From assembly GCA_040954595.2 (NCBI GenBank), contig CM082589.2, positions 8,750,232-8,814,231 of the forward strand: a stretch of DNA of 64,000 nt. The letters run 5' to 3'. Source of the DNA: Balanoglossus misakiensis. Its lineage: Eukaryota; Animalia; Hemichordata. This document shows, piece after piece, positions 11,901 through 25,000 of the stretch. Positions within the stretch are counted from its first letter, which is position 1, and every line of letters begins with the position of its first letter. The notes beneath the pieces were generated by a model. It saw nothing but the letters and a program-made list of their open reading frames with translations. It was not told the DNA's origin and did no database searches. Position numbers and translations under genes: made by a program.

Positions 11901-14900
11901 GACTGTCGCCTGTCTTAGGTCACCACTTCATAAGCGGTCTTACCCGTCATTGGCACAAACAGTCTCAGGAAGTAAGCTTTCAGCCTACCAATGTAGCTAT
12001 TGTATTTTCCACTTTTTGTAAGTGAAGCCTGACTGTCGCCTGTCTTAGGTCACCACTTCATAAGCGGTCTTACCCGTCATTGGCACAAATAGTCTCAGGA
12101 AGTAAGCCTCCAGCCTACCAATGTAGCTATTGTATTTTCCACTTTTTGTAAGTGAAGCCTGACTGTCGCCTGTCTTAGGTCACCACTTCATAAGCGGTCT
12201 TACCCGTCATTGGCACAAACAGTCTCAGGAAGTAAGCTTTCAGCCTACCAATTGTATTTTCCACTTTTTCTAAGTGAAGCCTGACTGTCGCCTGTCTTAG
12301 GTCACCACTTCATAAGCGGTCTTTCCCGTCATTGGCACAAACAGTCTCAGGAAGTAAGCTTTCAGCCTACCAATGTAGCTATTGTATTTTCCACTTTTTG
12401 TAAGTGAAGCCTGACTGTCGCCTGTCTTAGGTCACCACTTCATAAGCGGTCTTACCCGTCATTGGCACAAACAGTCTCAGGACGTAAGCTTTCAGCCTAC
12501 CAATGTAGCTATTGTATTTTCCACTTTTTGTAAGTGAAGCCTGACTGTCGCCTGTCTTAGGTCACCACTTCATAAGCGGTCTTACCCGTGATTGGCACAA
12601 ACAGTCTCAGGACGTAAGCTTTCAGCCTACCAATGTAGCTATTGTATTTTCCACTTTTTGTAAGTGAAGCCTGACTGTCGCCTGTCTTAGGTCACCACTT
12701 CATAAGCGGTCTTACCCGTCATTGGCACAAACAGTCTCAGGAAGTAAGCTTTCAGCGTACCAATGTAGCTATTATATTTTCCACTTTTTGTAAGTGAAGC
12801 CTGACTGTCGCCTGTCTTAGGTCACCACTTCATAAGCGGTCTGACCCGTCATTGGCACAAACAGTCTCAGGAAGTAAGCTTTCAGCCTACCAATGTAGCT
12901 ATTGTATTTTCCACTTTTTGTAAGTGAAGCCTGACTGTCGCCTGTCTTAGGTCACCACTTCATAAGCGGTCTTACCCGTCATTGGCACAAACAGTCTCAG
13001 GAAGTAAGCTTTCAGCCTACCAATGTAGCTATTGTATTTTCCACTTTTTGTAAGTGAAGCCTGACTGTCGCCTGTCTTAGGTCACCACTTCATAAGCGGT
13101 CTTACCCGTCATTGGCACAAACAGTCTCAGGAAGTAAGCTTTCAGCCTACCAATGTAGCTATTGTATTTTCCACTTTTTGTAAGTAAAGCCTGACTGTCG
13201 CCTGTCTTAGGTCACCACTTCATAAGAGGTCTTACCCGTCATTGGCACAAACAGTCTCAGGACGTAAGCTTTCAGCCTACCAATGTAGCTATTGTATTTT
13301 CCAATTTTTGTAAGTGAAGCCTGACTGTCGCCTGTCTTAGGTCACCACTTCATAAGCGGTCTTACCCGTCATTGGCACAAAGTCTCAGGAAGTAAGCTTT
13401 CAGCCTACCAATGAAGCTATTGTATTTTCCACTTTTTGTAAGTGAAGCCTGACTGTCGCCTGTCTTAGGTCACCACTTCATAAGCGGTCTTACCCGTCAT
13501 TGGCACAAACAGTCTCAGGAAGTAAGCTTTCAGCCTACCAATGTAGCTATTATATTTTCCACTTTTTGTAAGTGAAGCCTGACTGTCGCCTGTCTTAGGT
13601 CACCACTTCATAAGCGGTCTGACCCGTCATTGGCACAAACAGTCTCAGGAAGTAAGCTTTCAGCCTACCAATGTAGCTATTGTATTTTCCACTTTTTGTA
13701 AGTGAAGCCTGACTGTCGCCTGTCTTAGGTCACCACTTCATAAGCGGTCTTACCCGTCATTGGCACAAACAGTCTCAGGAAGTAAGCTTTCAGCCTACCA
13801 ATGTAGCTATTGTATTTTCCACTTTTTGTAAGTGAAGCCTGACTGTCGCCTGTCTTAGGTCACCACTTCATAAGCGGTCTTACCCGTCATTGGCACAAAC
13901 AGTCTCAGGACGTAAGCTTTCAGCCTACCAATGTAGCTATTGTATTTTCCACTTTTTGTAAGTGAAGCCTGACTGTCGCCTGTCTTAGGTCACCACTTCA
14001 TAAGCGGTCTTACCCGTCATTGGCACAAATAGTCTCAGGAAGTAAGCCTCCAGCCTACCAATGTAGCTATTGTATTTTCCACTTTTTGTAAGTGAAGCCT
14101 GACTGTCGCCTGTCTTAGGTCACCACTTCATAAGCGGTCTTACCCGTCATTGGCACAAACAGTCTCAGGAAGTAAGCTTTCAGCCTACCAATTGTATTTT
14201 CCACTTTTTCTAAGTGAAGCCTGACTGTCGCCTGTCTTAGGTCACCACTTCATAAGCGGTCTTTCCCGTCATTGGCACAAACAGTCTCAGGAAGTAAGTT
14301 TTCAGCCTACCAATGTAGCTATTGTATTTTCCACTTTTTGTAAGTGAAGCCTGACTGTCGCCTGTCTTAGGTCACCACTTCATAAGCGGTCTTACCCGTC
14401 ATTGGCACAAACAGTCTCAGGACGTAAGCTTTCAGCCTACCAATGTAGCTATTGTATTTTCCACTTTTTGTAAGTGAAGCCTGACTGTCGCCTGTCTTAG
14501 GTCACCACTTCATAAGCGGTCTTACCCGTGATTGGCACAAACAGTCTCAGGACGTAAGCTTTCAGCCTACCAATGTAGCTATTGTATTTTCCACTTTTTG
14601 TAAGTGAAGCCTGACTGTCGCCTGTCTTAGGTCACCACTTCATAAGCGGTCTTACCCGTCATTGGCACAAACAGTCTCAGGAAGTAAGCTTTCAGCGTAC
14701 CAATGTAGCTATTATATTTTCCACTTTTTGTAAGTGAAGTCTGACTGTCGCCTGTCTTAGGTCACCACTTCATAAGCGGTCTGACCCGTCATTGGCACAA
14801 ACAGTCTCAGGAAGTAAGCTTTCAGCCTACCAATGTAGCTATTGTATTTTCCACTTTTTGTAAGTGAAGCCTGACTGTCGCCTGTCTTAGGTCACCACTT

Positions 14901-16080
14901 CATAAGCGGTCTTACCCGTCATTGGCACAAACAGTCTCAGGAAGTAAGCTTTCAGCCTACCAATGTAGCTATTGTATTTTCCACTTTTGTAAGTGAAGCC
15001 TGACTGTCGCCTGTCTTAGGTCACCACTTCATAAGCGGTCTTACCCGTCATTGGCACAAACAGTCTCAGGAAGTAAGCTTTCAGCCTACCAATGTAGCTA
15101 TTGTATTTTCCACTTTTTGTAAGTAAAGCCTGACTGTCGCCTGTCTTAGGTCACCACTTCATAAGAGGTCTTACCCGTCATTGGCACAAACAGTCTCAGG
15201 ACGTAAGCTTTCAGCCTACCAATGTAGCTATTGTATTTTCCAATTTTTGTAAGTGAAGCCTGACTGTCGCCTGTCTTAGGTCACCACTTCATAAGCGGTC
15301 TTACCCGTCATTGGCACAAAGTCTCAGGAAGTAAGCTTTCAGCCTACCAATGAAGCTATTGTATTTTCCACTTTTTGTAAGTGAAGCCTGACTGTCGCCT
15401 GTCTTAGGTCACCACTTCATAAGCGGTCTTACCCGTCATTGGCACAAACAGTCTCAGGAAGTAAGCTTTCAGCCTACCAATGTAGCTATTATATTTTCCA
15501 CTTTTTGTAAGTGAAGCCTGACTGTCGCCTGTCTTAGGTCACCACTTCATAAGCGGTCTGACCCGTCATTGGCACAAACAGTCTCAGGAAGTAAGCTTTC
15601 AGCCTACCAATGTAGCTATTGTATTTTCCACTTTTTGTAAGTGAAGCCTGACTGTCGCCTGTCTTAGGTCACCACTTCATAAGCGGTCTTACCCGTCATT
15701 GGCACAAACAGTCTCAGGACGTAAGCTTTCAGCCTACCAATGTAGCTATTGTATTTTCCACTTTTTGTAAGTGAAGCCTGACTGTCGCCTGTCTTAGGTC
15801 ACCACTTCATAAGCGGTCTTACCCGTCATTGGCACAAACAGTCTCAGGACGTAAGCTTTCAGCCTACCAATGTAGCTATTGTATTTTCCACTTTTTGTAA
15901 GTGAAGCCTGACTGTCGCCTGTCTTAGGTCACCACTTCATAAGCGGTCTTACCCGTCATTGGCACAAATAGTCTCAGGAAGTAAGCCTCCAGCCTACCAA
16001 TGTAGCTATTGTATTTTCCACTTTTTGTAAGTGAAGCCTGACTGTCGCCTGTCTTAGGTCACCACTTCATAAGCGATCTT
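8980..16080. repeat. Local higher-order repeat of about 14-15 monomers, 3-4 imperfect copies
   Basis: Variant markers recur in order: CCCGTGATT (~9105, 12590, 14530), GCGTACC, TAAAGCC+AGAGG, CACAAAGTCTC 2-bp deletion + ATGAAGC (~11570, 13380, 15320), CACAAATAG+CCTCC (~10415, 12090, 14030, 15965). Spacings are 1810 and about 1940 bp. Confidence 0.8.
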
Positions 16081-19000
16081 ACCCGTTATTGGCACAAACA
16101 GTCTCAGGAAGTAAGCTTTCAGCCTACCAATATAGCTATTGTATTTTCCACTTTGTGTAAGTGAAGCCTGACTGTCGCCTGTCTTAGGTCACCACTTCAT
16201 AAGCGGTCTGACCCGTCATTGGCACAAACAGTCTCAGGAAGTAAGCTTTCAGCCTACCAATGTAGCTATTGTATTTTCCATTTTTTGTAAGTGAAGCCTG
16301 ACTGTCGCCTGTCTAAGGTCACCACTTCATAAGCGGTCTTACCCGTCATTGGCACAAACAGTCTCAGGAAGTAAGCTTTCAGCCTACCAATGTAGCTATT
16401 GTATTTTCCACTTTTTGTAAGTGAAGCCTGACTGTCGCCTGTCTTAGGTCACCACTTCATAAGCGGTCTTACCCGTCATTGGCACAAACAGTCTCAGGAA
16501 GTAAGCTTTCAGCCTACCAATGTAGCTATTGTATTTTCCACTTTTTGTAAGTGAAGCCTGACTGTCGCCGGTCTTAGGTCACCACTTCATAAGCGGTCTT
16601 ACCCGTCATTGGCACAAACAGTCTCAGGACGTAAGCTTTCAGCCTACCAATATAGCTATTGTATTTTCCACTTTTTGTAAGTGAAGCCTGACTGTCGCCT
16701 GTCTTAGGTCACCACTTCATAAGCGGTCTTACCCGTCATTGGCACAAACAGTCTCAGGAAGTAAGCTTTCAGCCTACCAATGTAGCTATTATATTTTACA
16801 CTTTTTGTAAGTGAAGCCTGACTGTCGCCTGTCGTAGGTCACCACTTCATAAGCGGTCTTACCCGTCATTGGCACAAACAGTCTCAGGAAGTAAGCTTTC
16901 AGCCTACCAATGTAGCTATTGTATTTTCCACTTTTTGTAAGTGAAGCCTGACTGTCGCCTGTCTTAGGTCACCACTTCATAAGCGGTCTTACCCGTCATT
17001 GGCACAAACAGTCTCAGGACGTAAGCTTTCAGCCTACCAATGTAGCTATTGTATTTTCCACTTTTTGTAAGTGAAGCCTGACTGTCGCCTGTCTTAGGTC
17101 ACCACTTCATAAGCGGTCTTACCCGTCATTGGCACAAACAGTCTCAGGAAGTAAGCCTCCAGCCTACCAATGTAGCTATTGTATTTTCCACTTTTTGTAA
17201 GTGAAGCCTGACTGTCGCCTGTCTTAGGTCACCACTTCATAAGCGGTCTTACCCGTCATTGGCACAAACAGTCTCAGGAAGTAAGCCTCCAGCCTACCAA
17301 TGTAGCTATTGTATTTTCCACTTTTTGTAAGTGAAGCCTGACTGTCGCCTGTCTTAGGTCACCACTTCATAAGCGGTCTGACCCGTCATTGGCACAAACA
17401 GTCTCAGGAAGTAAGCTTTCAGCCTACCAATGTAGCTATTGTATTTTCCACTTTTTGTAAGTGAAGCCTGACTGTCGCCTGTCTTAGGTCACCACTTCAT
17501 AAGCGGTCTTACCCGTCATTGGCACAAACAGTCTCAGGAAGTAAGCTTTCAGCCTACCAATGTAGCTATTGTATTTTCCACTTTTTGTAAGTGAAGCCTG
17601 ACTGTCGCCTGTCTTAGGTCACCACTTCATAAGCGGTCTTACCCGTCATTGGCACAAACAGTCTCAGGACGTAAGCTTTCAGCCTACCAATGTAGCTATT
17701 GTATTTTCCACTTTTTGTAAGTGAAGCCTGACTGTCGCCTGTCTTAGGTCACCACTTCATAAGCGGTCTTACCCGTCATTGGCACAAACAGTCTCAGGAA
17801 GTAAGCCTCCAGCCTACCAATGTAGCTATTGTATTTTCCACTTTTTGTAAGTGAAGCCTGACTGTCGCCTGTCTTAGGTCACCACTTCATAAGCGGTCTT
17901 ACCCGTCATTGGCACAAACAGTCTCAGGACGTAAGCTTTCAGCCTACCAATGTAGCTATTGTATTTTCCACTTTTTGTAAGTGAAGCCTGACTGTCGCCT
18001 GTCTTAGGTCACCACTTCATAAGCGGTCTTACCCGTCATTGGCACAAACAGTCTCAGGAAGGAAGCTTTCAGCCTACCAATGTAGCTATTGTATTTTCCA
18101 CTTTTTGTAAGTGAAGCCTGACTGTCGCCTGTCTTAGGTCACCACTTCATAAGCGGTCTTACCCGTCATTGGTACAAACAGTCTCAGGAAGTAAGCCTCC
18201 AGCCTACCAATGTAGCTATTGTATTTTCCACTTTTTGTAAGTGAAGCCTGACTGTCGCCTGTCTTAGGTCACCACTTCATAAGCGGTCTTACCCGTCATT
18301 GGCACAAACAGTCTCAGGACGTAAGCTTTCAGCCTACCAATGTAGCTATTGTATTTTCCACTTTTTGTAAGTGAAGCCTGACTGTCGCCTGTCTTAGGTC
18401 ACCACTTCATAAGCGGTCTTACCCGTCATTGGCACAAACAGTCTCAGGAAGTAAGCTTTCAGCCTACCAATTGTATTTTCCACTTTTTCTAAGTGAAGCC
18501 TGACTGTCGCCTGTCTTAGGTCACCACTTCATAAGCGGTCTTTCCCGTCATTGGCACAAACAGTCTCAGGAAGTAAGCTTTCAGCCTACCAATGTAGCTA
18601 TTGTATTTTCCACTTTTTGTAAGTGAAGCCTGACTGTCGCCTGTCTTAGGTCACCACTTCATAAGCGGTCTGACCCGTCATTGGCACAAACAGTCTCAGG
18701 AAGTAAGCTTTCAGCCTACCAATATAGCTATTGTATTTTCCACTTTTTGTAAGTGAAGCCTGACTGTCGCCTGTCTTAGGTCACCACTTCATAAGCGGTC
18801 TTACCCGTCATTGGCACAAACAGTCTCAGGAAGTAAGCTTTCAGCCTACCAATATAGCTATTGTATTTTCCACTTTTTGTAGGAAGCCTGACTGTCGCCT
18901 GTGTTAGGTCACCACTTCATAAGCGGTCTTACCCGTCATTGGCACAAACAGTCTCAGGAAGTAAGCTTTCTGCCTACCAATGTAGCTATTATATTTTCCA

Positions 19001-22000
19001 CTTTTTGTAAGTGAAGCCTGACTGTCGCCTGTCTTAGGTCACCACTTCATAAGCGGTCTTACCCGTCATTGGCACAAACAGTCTCAGGAAGTAAGCTTTC
19101 AGCCTACCAATGTAGCTATTATATTTTCCACTTTTTGTAAGTGAAGCCTGACTGTCGCCTGTCTTAGGTCACCACTTCATAAGCGGTCTTACCCGTCATT
19201 GGCACAAACAGTCTCAGGAAGTAAGCTTTCAGCCTACCAATGTAGCTATTATATTTTCCACTTTTTGTAAGTGAAGCCTGACTGTCGCCTGTCTTAGGTC
19301 ACCACTTCATAAGCGGTCTGACCCGTCATTGGCACAAACAGTCTCAGAAAGTAAGCTTTCGGCCTACCAATGTAGCTATTGTATTTTCCACTTTTTGTAA
19401 GTGAAGCCTGACTGTCGCCTGTCTTAGGTCACCACTTCATAAGCGGTCTTACCCGTCATTGGCACAAACAGCCTCAGGAAGTAAGCTTTCAGCCTACCAA
19501 TGTAGCTATTGTATTTTCCACTTTTTGTAAGTGAAGCCTGACTGTCGCCTGTCTTAGGTCACCACTTCATAAGCGGTCTTACCCGTCATTGGCACAAACA
19601 GTCTCAGGAAGTAAGCTTTCAGCCTACCAATGTAGGTATTGTATTTTCCACTTTTTGTAAGTGAAGCCTGACTGTCGCCTGTCTTAGGTCACCACTTCAT
19701 AAGCGGTCTTACCCGTCATTGGCACAAACAGTCTCAGGAAGTAAGCTTTCAGCCTACCAATGTAGCTATTGTATTTTCCACTTTTTGTAAGTGAAGCCTG
19801 ACTGTCGCCTGTCTTAGGTCTCCACTTCATAAGCGGTCTTACCCGTCATTGGCACAAACAGTCTCAGGAAGTAAGCTTTCAGCCTACCAATTGTATTTTC
19901 CACTTTTTGTAAGTGAAGCCTGACTGTCGCCTGTCTTAGGTCACCACTTCATAAGCGGTCTTACCCGTCATTGGCACAAACAGTCTCAGGACGTAAGCTT
20001 TCAGCCTACCAATGTAGCTATTGTATTTTCCACTTTTTGTAAGTGAAGCCTGACTGTCGCCTGTCTTAGGTCACCACTTCATAAGCGGTCTGACCCGTCA
20101 TTGGCACAAACAGTCTCAGGAAGTAAGCTTTCAGCCTACCAATGTAGCTATTGTATTTTCCACTTTTTGTAAGTGAAGCCTGACTGTCGCCTGTCTTAGG
20201 TCACCACTTCATAAGCGGTCTTACCCGTCATTGGCACAAACAGTCTCAGGAAGTAAGCTTTCAGCCTACCAATGTAGCTATTGTATTTTCCACTTTTTGT
20301 AAGTGAAGCCTGACTGTCGCCTGTCTTAGGTCACCACTTCATAAGCGGTCTTACCCGTCATTGGCACAAACAGTCTCAGGAAGTAAGCTTTCAGCCTACC
20401 AATGTAGCTATTGTATTTTCCACTTTTTGTAAGTGAAGCCTGACTGTCGCCTGTCTTAGGTCACCACTTCATAAGCGGTCTTACCCGTCATTGGCACAAA
20501 CAGTCTCAGGAAGTAAGCTTTCAGCCTACCAATGTAGCTATTGTATTTTCCACTTTTTGTAAGTGAAGCCTGACTGTCGCCTGTCTTAGGTCTCCACTTC
20601 ATAAGCGGTCTTACCCGTCATTGGCACAAACAGTCTCAGGAAGTAAGCTTTCAGCCTACCAATTGTATTTTCCACTTTTTGTAAGTGAAGCCTGACTGTC
20701 GCCTGTCTTAGGTCAACACTTCATAAGCGGTCTTACCCGTCATTGGCACAAACAGTCTCAGGAAGTAAGCTTTCAGCCTACCAATATAGCTATTGTATTT
20801 TCCACTTTTTGTAGGAAGCCTGACTGTCGCCTGTCTTAGGTCACCACTTCATAAGCGGTCTTACCCGTCATTGGCACAAACAGTCTCAGGAAGTAAGCTT
20901 TCAGCCTACCAATGTAGCTATTATATTTTCCACTTTTTGTAAGAGAAGCCTGACTGTCGCCTGTCTTAGGTCACCACTTCATAAGCGGTCTGACCCGTCA
21001 TTGGCACAAACAGTCTCAGGAAGTAAGCTTTCAGCCTACCAATGTAGCTATTATATTTTCCACTTTTTGTAAGTGAAGCCTGACTGTCGCCTGTCTTAGG
21101 TCACCACTTCATAAGCGGTCTTACCCGTCATTGGCACAAACAGTCTCAGGAAGTAAGCTTTCAGCCTACCAATGTAGCTATTGTATTTTCCACTTTTTGT
21201 AAGTGAAGCCTGACTGTCGCCTGTCTTAGGTCACCACTTCATAAGCGGTCTTACCCGTCATTGGCACAAACAGTCTCAGGAAGTAAGCTTTCAGCCTACC
21301 AATGTAGCTATTGTATTTTCCACTTTTTGTAAGTGAAGCCTGACTGTCGCCTGTCTTAGGTCACCACTTCATAAGCGGTCTTACCCGTCATTGGCACAAA
21401 CAGTCTCAGGAAGTAAGCTTTCAGCCTACCAATGTAGCTATTGTATTTTCCACTTTTTGTAAGTGAAGCCTGACTGTCGCCTGTCTTAGGTCTCCACTTC
21501 ATAAGCGGTCTTACCCGTCATTGGCACAAACAGTCTCAGGAAGTAAGCTTTCAGCCTACCAATGTAGCTATTGTATTTTCCACTTTTTGTAAGTGAAGCC
21601 TGACTGTCGCCTGTCTTAGGTCACCACTTCATAAGCGGTCTTACCCGTCATTGGCACAAACAGTCTCAGGAAGTAAGCTTTCAGCCTACCAATATAGCTA
21701 TTGTATTTTCCACTTTTTGTAGGAAGCCTGACTGTCGCCTGTCTTAGGTCACCACTTCATAAGCGGTCTTACCCGTCATTGGCACAAACAGTCTCAGGAA
21801 GTAAGCTTTCAGCCTACCAAATGTATTTTCCACTTTTTGTAAGTGAAGCCTGACTGTCGCCTGTCTTAGGTCACCACTTCATAAGCGGTCTTTCCCGTCA
21901 TTGGCACAAACAGTCTCAGGAAGTAAGCATTCAGCCTACCAATGCAGCTATTATATTTTCCACTTTTTGTAAGTGAAGCCTGACTGTCGCCTGTCTTAGG

Positions 22001-25000
22001 TCACCACTTCATAAGCGGTCTTACCCGTCATTGGCACAAACAGTCTCAGGAAGTAAGCTTTCAGCCTACCAATGTAGCTATTGTATTTTCCACTTTTTGT
22101 AAGTGAAGCCTGACTGTCGCCTGTCTTAGGTCACCACTTAATAAGCGGTCTTACCCGTCATTGGCACAAACAGTCTCAGGAAGTAAGCTTTCAGCCTACC
22201 AAATGTATTTTCCACTTTTTGTAAGTGAAGCCTGACTGTCGCCTGTCTTAGGTCACCACTTCATAAGCGGTCTTACCCGTCATTGGCACAAACAGTCTCA
22301 GGAAGTAAGCTTTCAGCCTACCAATGTAGCTATTGTATTTTCCACTTTTTGTAAGTGAAGCCTGACTGTCGCCTGTCTTAGGTCACCACTTCATAAGCGG
22401 TCTTACCCGTCATTGGCACAAACAGTCTCAGGAAGTAAGCTTTCAGCCTACCAATGTAGCTCTTGTATTTTCCACTTTTTGTAAGTGAAGCCTGACTGTC
22501 GCCTGTCTTAGGTCACCACTTCATAAGCGGTCTTACACGTCATTGGCACAAACAGTCTCAGGAAGTAAGCTTTCAGCCTACCAATGTAGCTATTATATTT
22601 TCAACTTTTTGTAAGTGAAGCCTGACTGTCGCCTGTCTTAGGTCACCACTTCACAAGAGGTCTTACCCATCATTGGCACAAACAGTCTCAGGAAGTAAGC
22701 TTTCAGCCTACCAATGTAGCTATTGTATTTTCCACTTTTTTAAGTGAAGCCTGACTGTCGCCTGTCTTAGGTCACCACTTCATAAGAGGTCTTACCCGTC
22801 ATTGGCACAAACAGTCTCAGGAAGTAAGCTTTCAGCCTACCAATGTAGCTATTATATTTTCCAGTTTTTGTAAGTGAAGCCTGACTGTCGCCTGTCTTAG
22901 GTCACCACTTCATAAGCGGTCTTACCCGTCATTGGCACAAACAGTCTCAGGAAGTAAGCTTTCAGCCTACCAATGTAGCTATTGTATTTTCCACTTTTTG
23001 TAAGTGAAGCCTGACTGTCGCCTGTCTTATGTCGTCACTTCATAAGCGGTCTTACCCGTCATTGGCACAAACAGTCTCAGGAAGTAAGCTTTCAGCCTAC
23101 CAATGTAGCTATTATATTTTCCACTTTTTGTAAGTGAAGCCTGACTGTCGCCTGTCTTAGGTCACCACTTCATAAGCGGTTTACCCGTCATTGGCACAAA
23201 CAGACTCAGGAAGTAAGCTTTCAGCCTACCAATGTAGCTATTATATTTTCCACTTTTTGTAAGTGAAGCCTGACTGTCGCCTGTCTTAGGTCACCACTTC
23301 ATAAGCGGTCTTACCCGTCATTGGCACAAACAGTCTCAGGAAGTAAGCTTTCAGCCTACCAATGTAGCTATTGTATTTTCCACTTTTTGTAAGTGAAGCC
23401 TGACTGTCGCCTGTCTTAGGTCACCACTTCATAAGCGTTCTTACCCGTCATTGGCACAAACAGTCTCAGGAAGTAAGCTTTCAGCCTACCAATGTAGCTA
23501 TTATATTTTCCACTTTTTGTAAGTGAAGCCTGACTGTCGCCTGTCTTAGGTCACCACTTCATAAGCGGTCTTACCCGTCATTGGCACAAACAGTCTCAGG
23601 AAGTAAGCTTTCAGCCTACTAATGTAGCTATTGTATTTTCCACTTTTTGTAAGTGAAGCCTGACTGTCGCCTGTCTTAGGTCACCACTTCATAAGAGGTC
23701 TTACCCATCATTGGCACAAACAGTCTCAGGAAGTAAGCTTTCAGCCTACCAATGTAGCTATTATATTTTTAACTTTTTGTAAGTGAAGCCTGACTGTCGC
23801 CTGTCTTAGGTCACCACTTCATAAGCGGTCTTACCCGTCATTGGCACAAACAGTCTCAGGAAGTAAGCTTTCAGCCTGCCAATGTAGCTATTGTATTTTC
23901 CACTTTTTGTAAGTGAAGCCTGACTGTCGCCTGTCTTAGGTCACCACTTCATAAGCGGTCTTACCCGTCATTGGCACAAACAGTCTCAGGAAGTAAGCTT
24001 TCAGCCTACCAATGTAGCTATTATATTTTCCACTTTTTCTAAGTGAAGCCTGACTGTCGCCTGTCTTAGGTCACCACTTCATATGTGGTCTTACCCGTCA
24101 TTGGCACAAACAGACTCAGGAAGTAAGCTTTCAGCCGACCAATGTAGCTATTGTATTTTCCACTTTTTGTAAGTGAAGCCTGACTGTCGCCTGTCTTAGG
24201 TCATCACTTCATAAGCGGTCTTACCCGTCATTGGCACAAACAGTCTCAGGAAGTAAGCTTTCAGCCTACCAATGTAGCTATTGTATTTTCCACTTTTTGT
24301 AAGTGAAGCCTGACTGTCGACTGTCTTAGGTCACCACTTCATAAGCGGTCTTACCCGTCATTGGCACAAACAGTCTCAGGAAGTAAGCTTTCAGCCTACC
24401 AATGTAGCTATTGTATTTTCCACTTTTTGTAAGTGAAGCCTGACTATCGCCTGTCTTAGGACACCACTTCATAAGCGGTCTTACCCGTCATTGGCACAAA
24501 CAGTCTCAGGAAGTAAGCTTTCAGCCTACCAAATGTATTTTCCACTTTTTGTAAGTGAAGCCTGACTGTCGCCTGTCTTAGGTCACCACTTCATATGTGG
24601 TCTTACCCGTCATTGGCACAAACAGACTCAGGAAGTAAGCTTTCAGCCGACCAATGTAGCTATTGTATTTTCCACTTTTTGTAAGTGAAGCCTGACTGTC
24701 GCCTGTCTTAGGTCATCACTTCATAAGCGGTCTTACCCGTCATTGGCACAAACAGTCTCAGGAAGTAAGCTTTCAGCCTACCAATGTAGCTATTGTATTT
24801 TCCACTTTTTGTAAGTGAAGCCTGACTGTCGACTGTCTTAGGTCACCACTTCATAAGCGGTCTTACCCGTCATTGGCACAAACAGTCTCAGGAAGTAAGC
24901 TTTCAGCCTACCAATGTAGCTATTGTATTTTCCACTTTTTGTAAGTGAAGCCTGACTGTGGCCTGTCTTAGGTCACCACTTCATAAGCGGTCTTACCCGT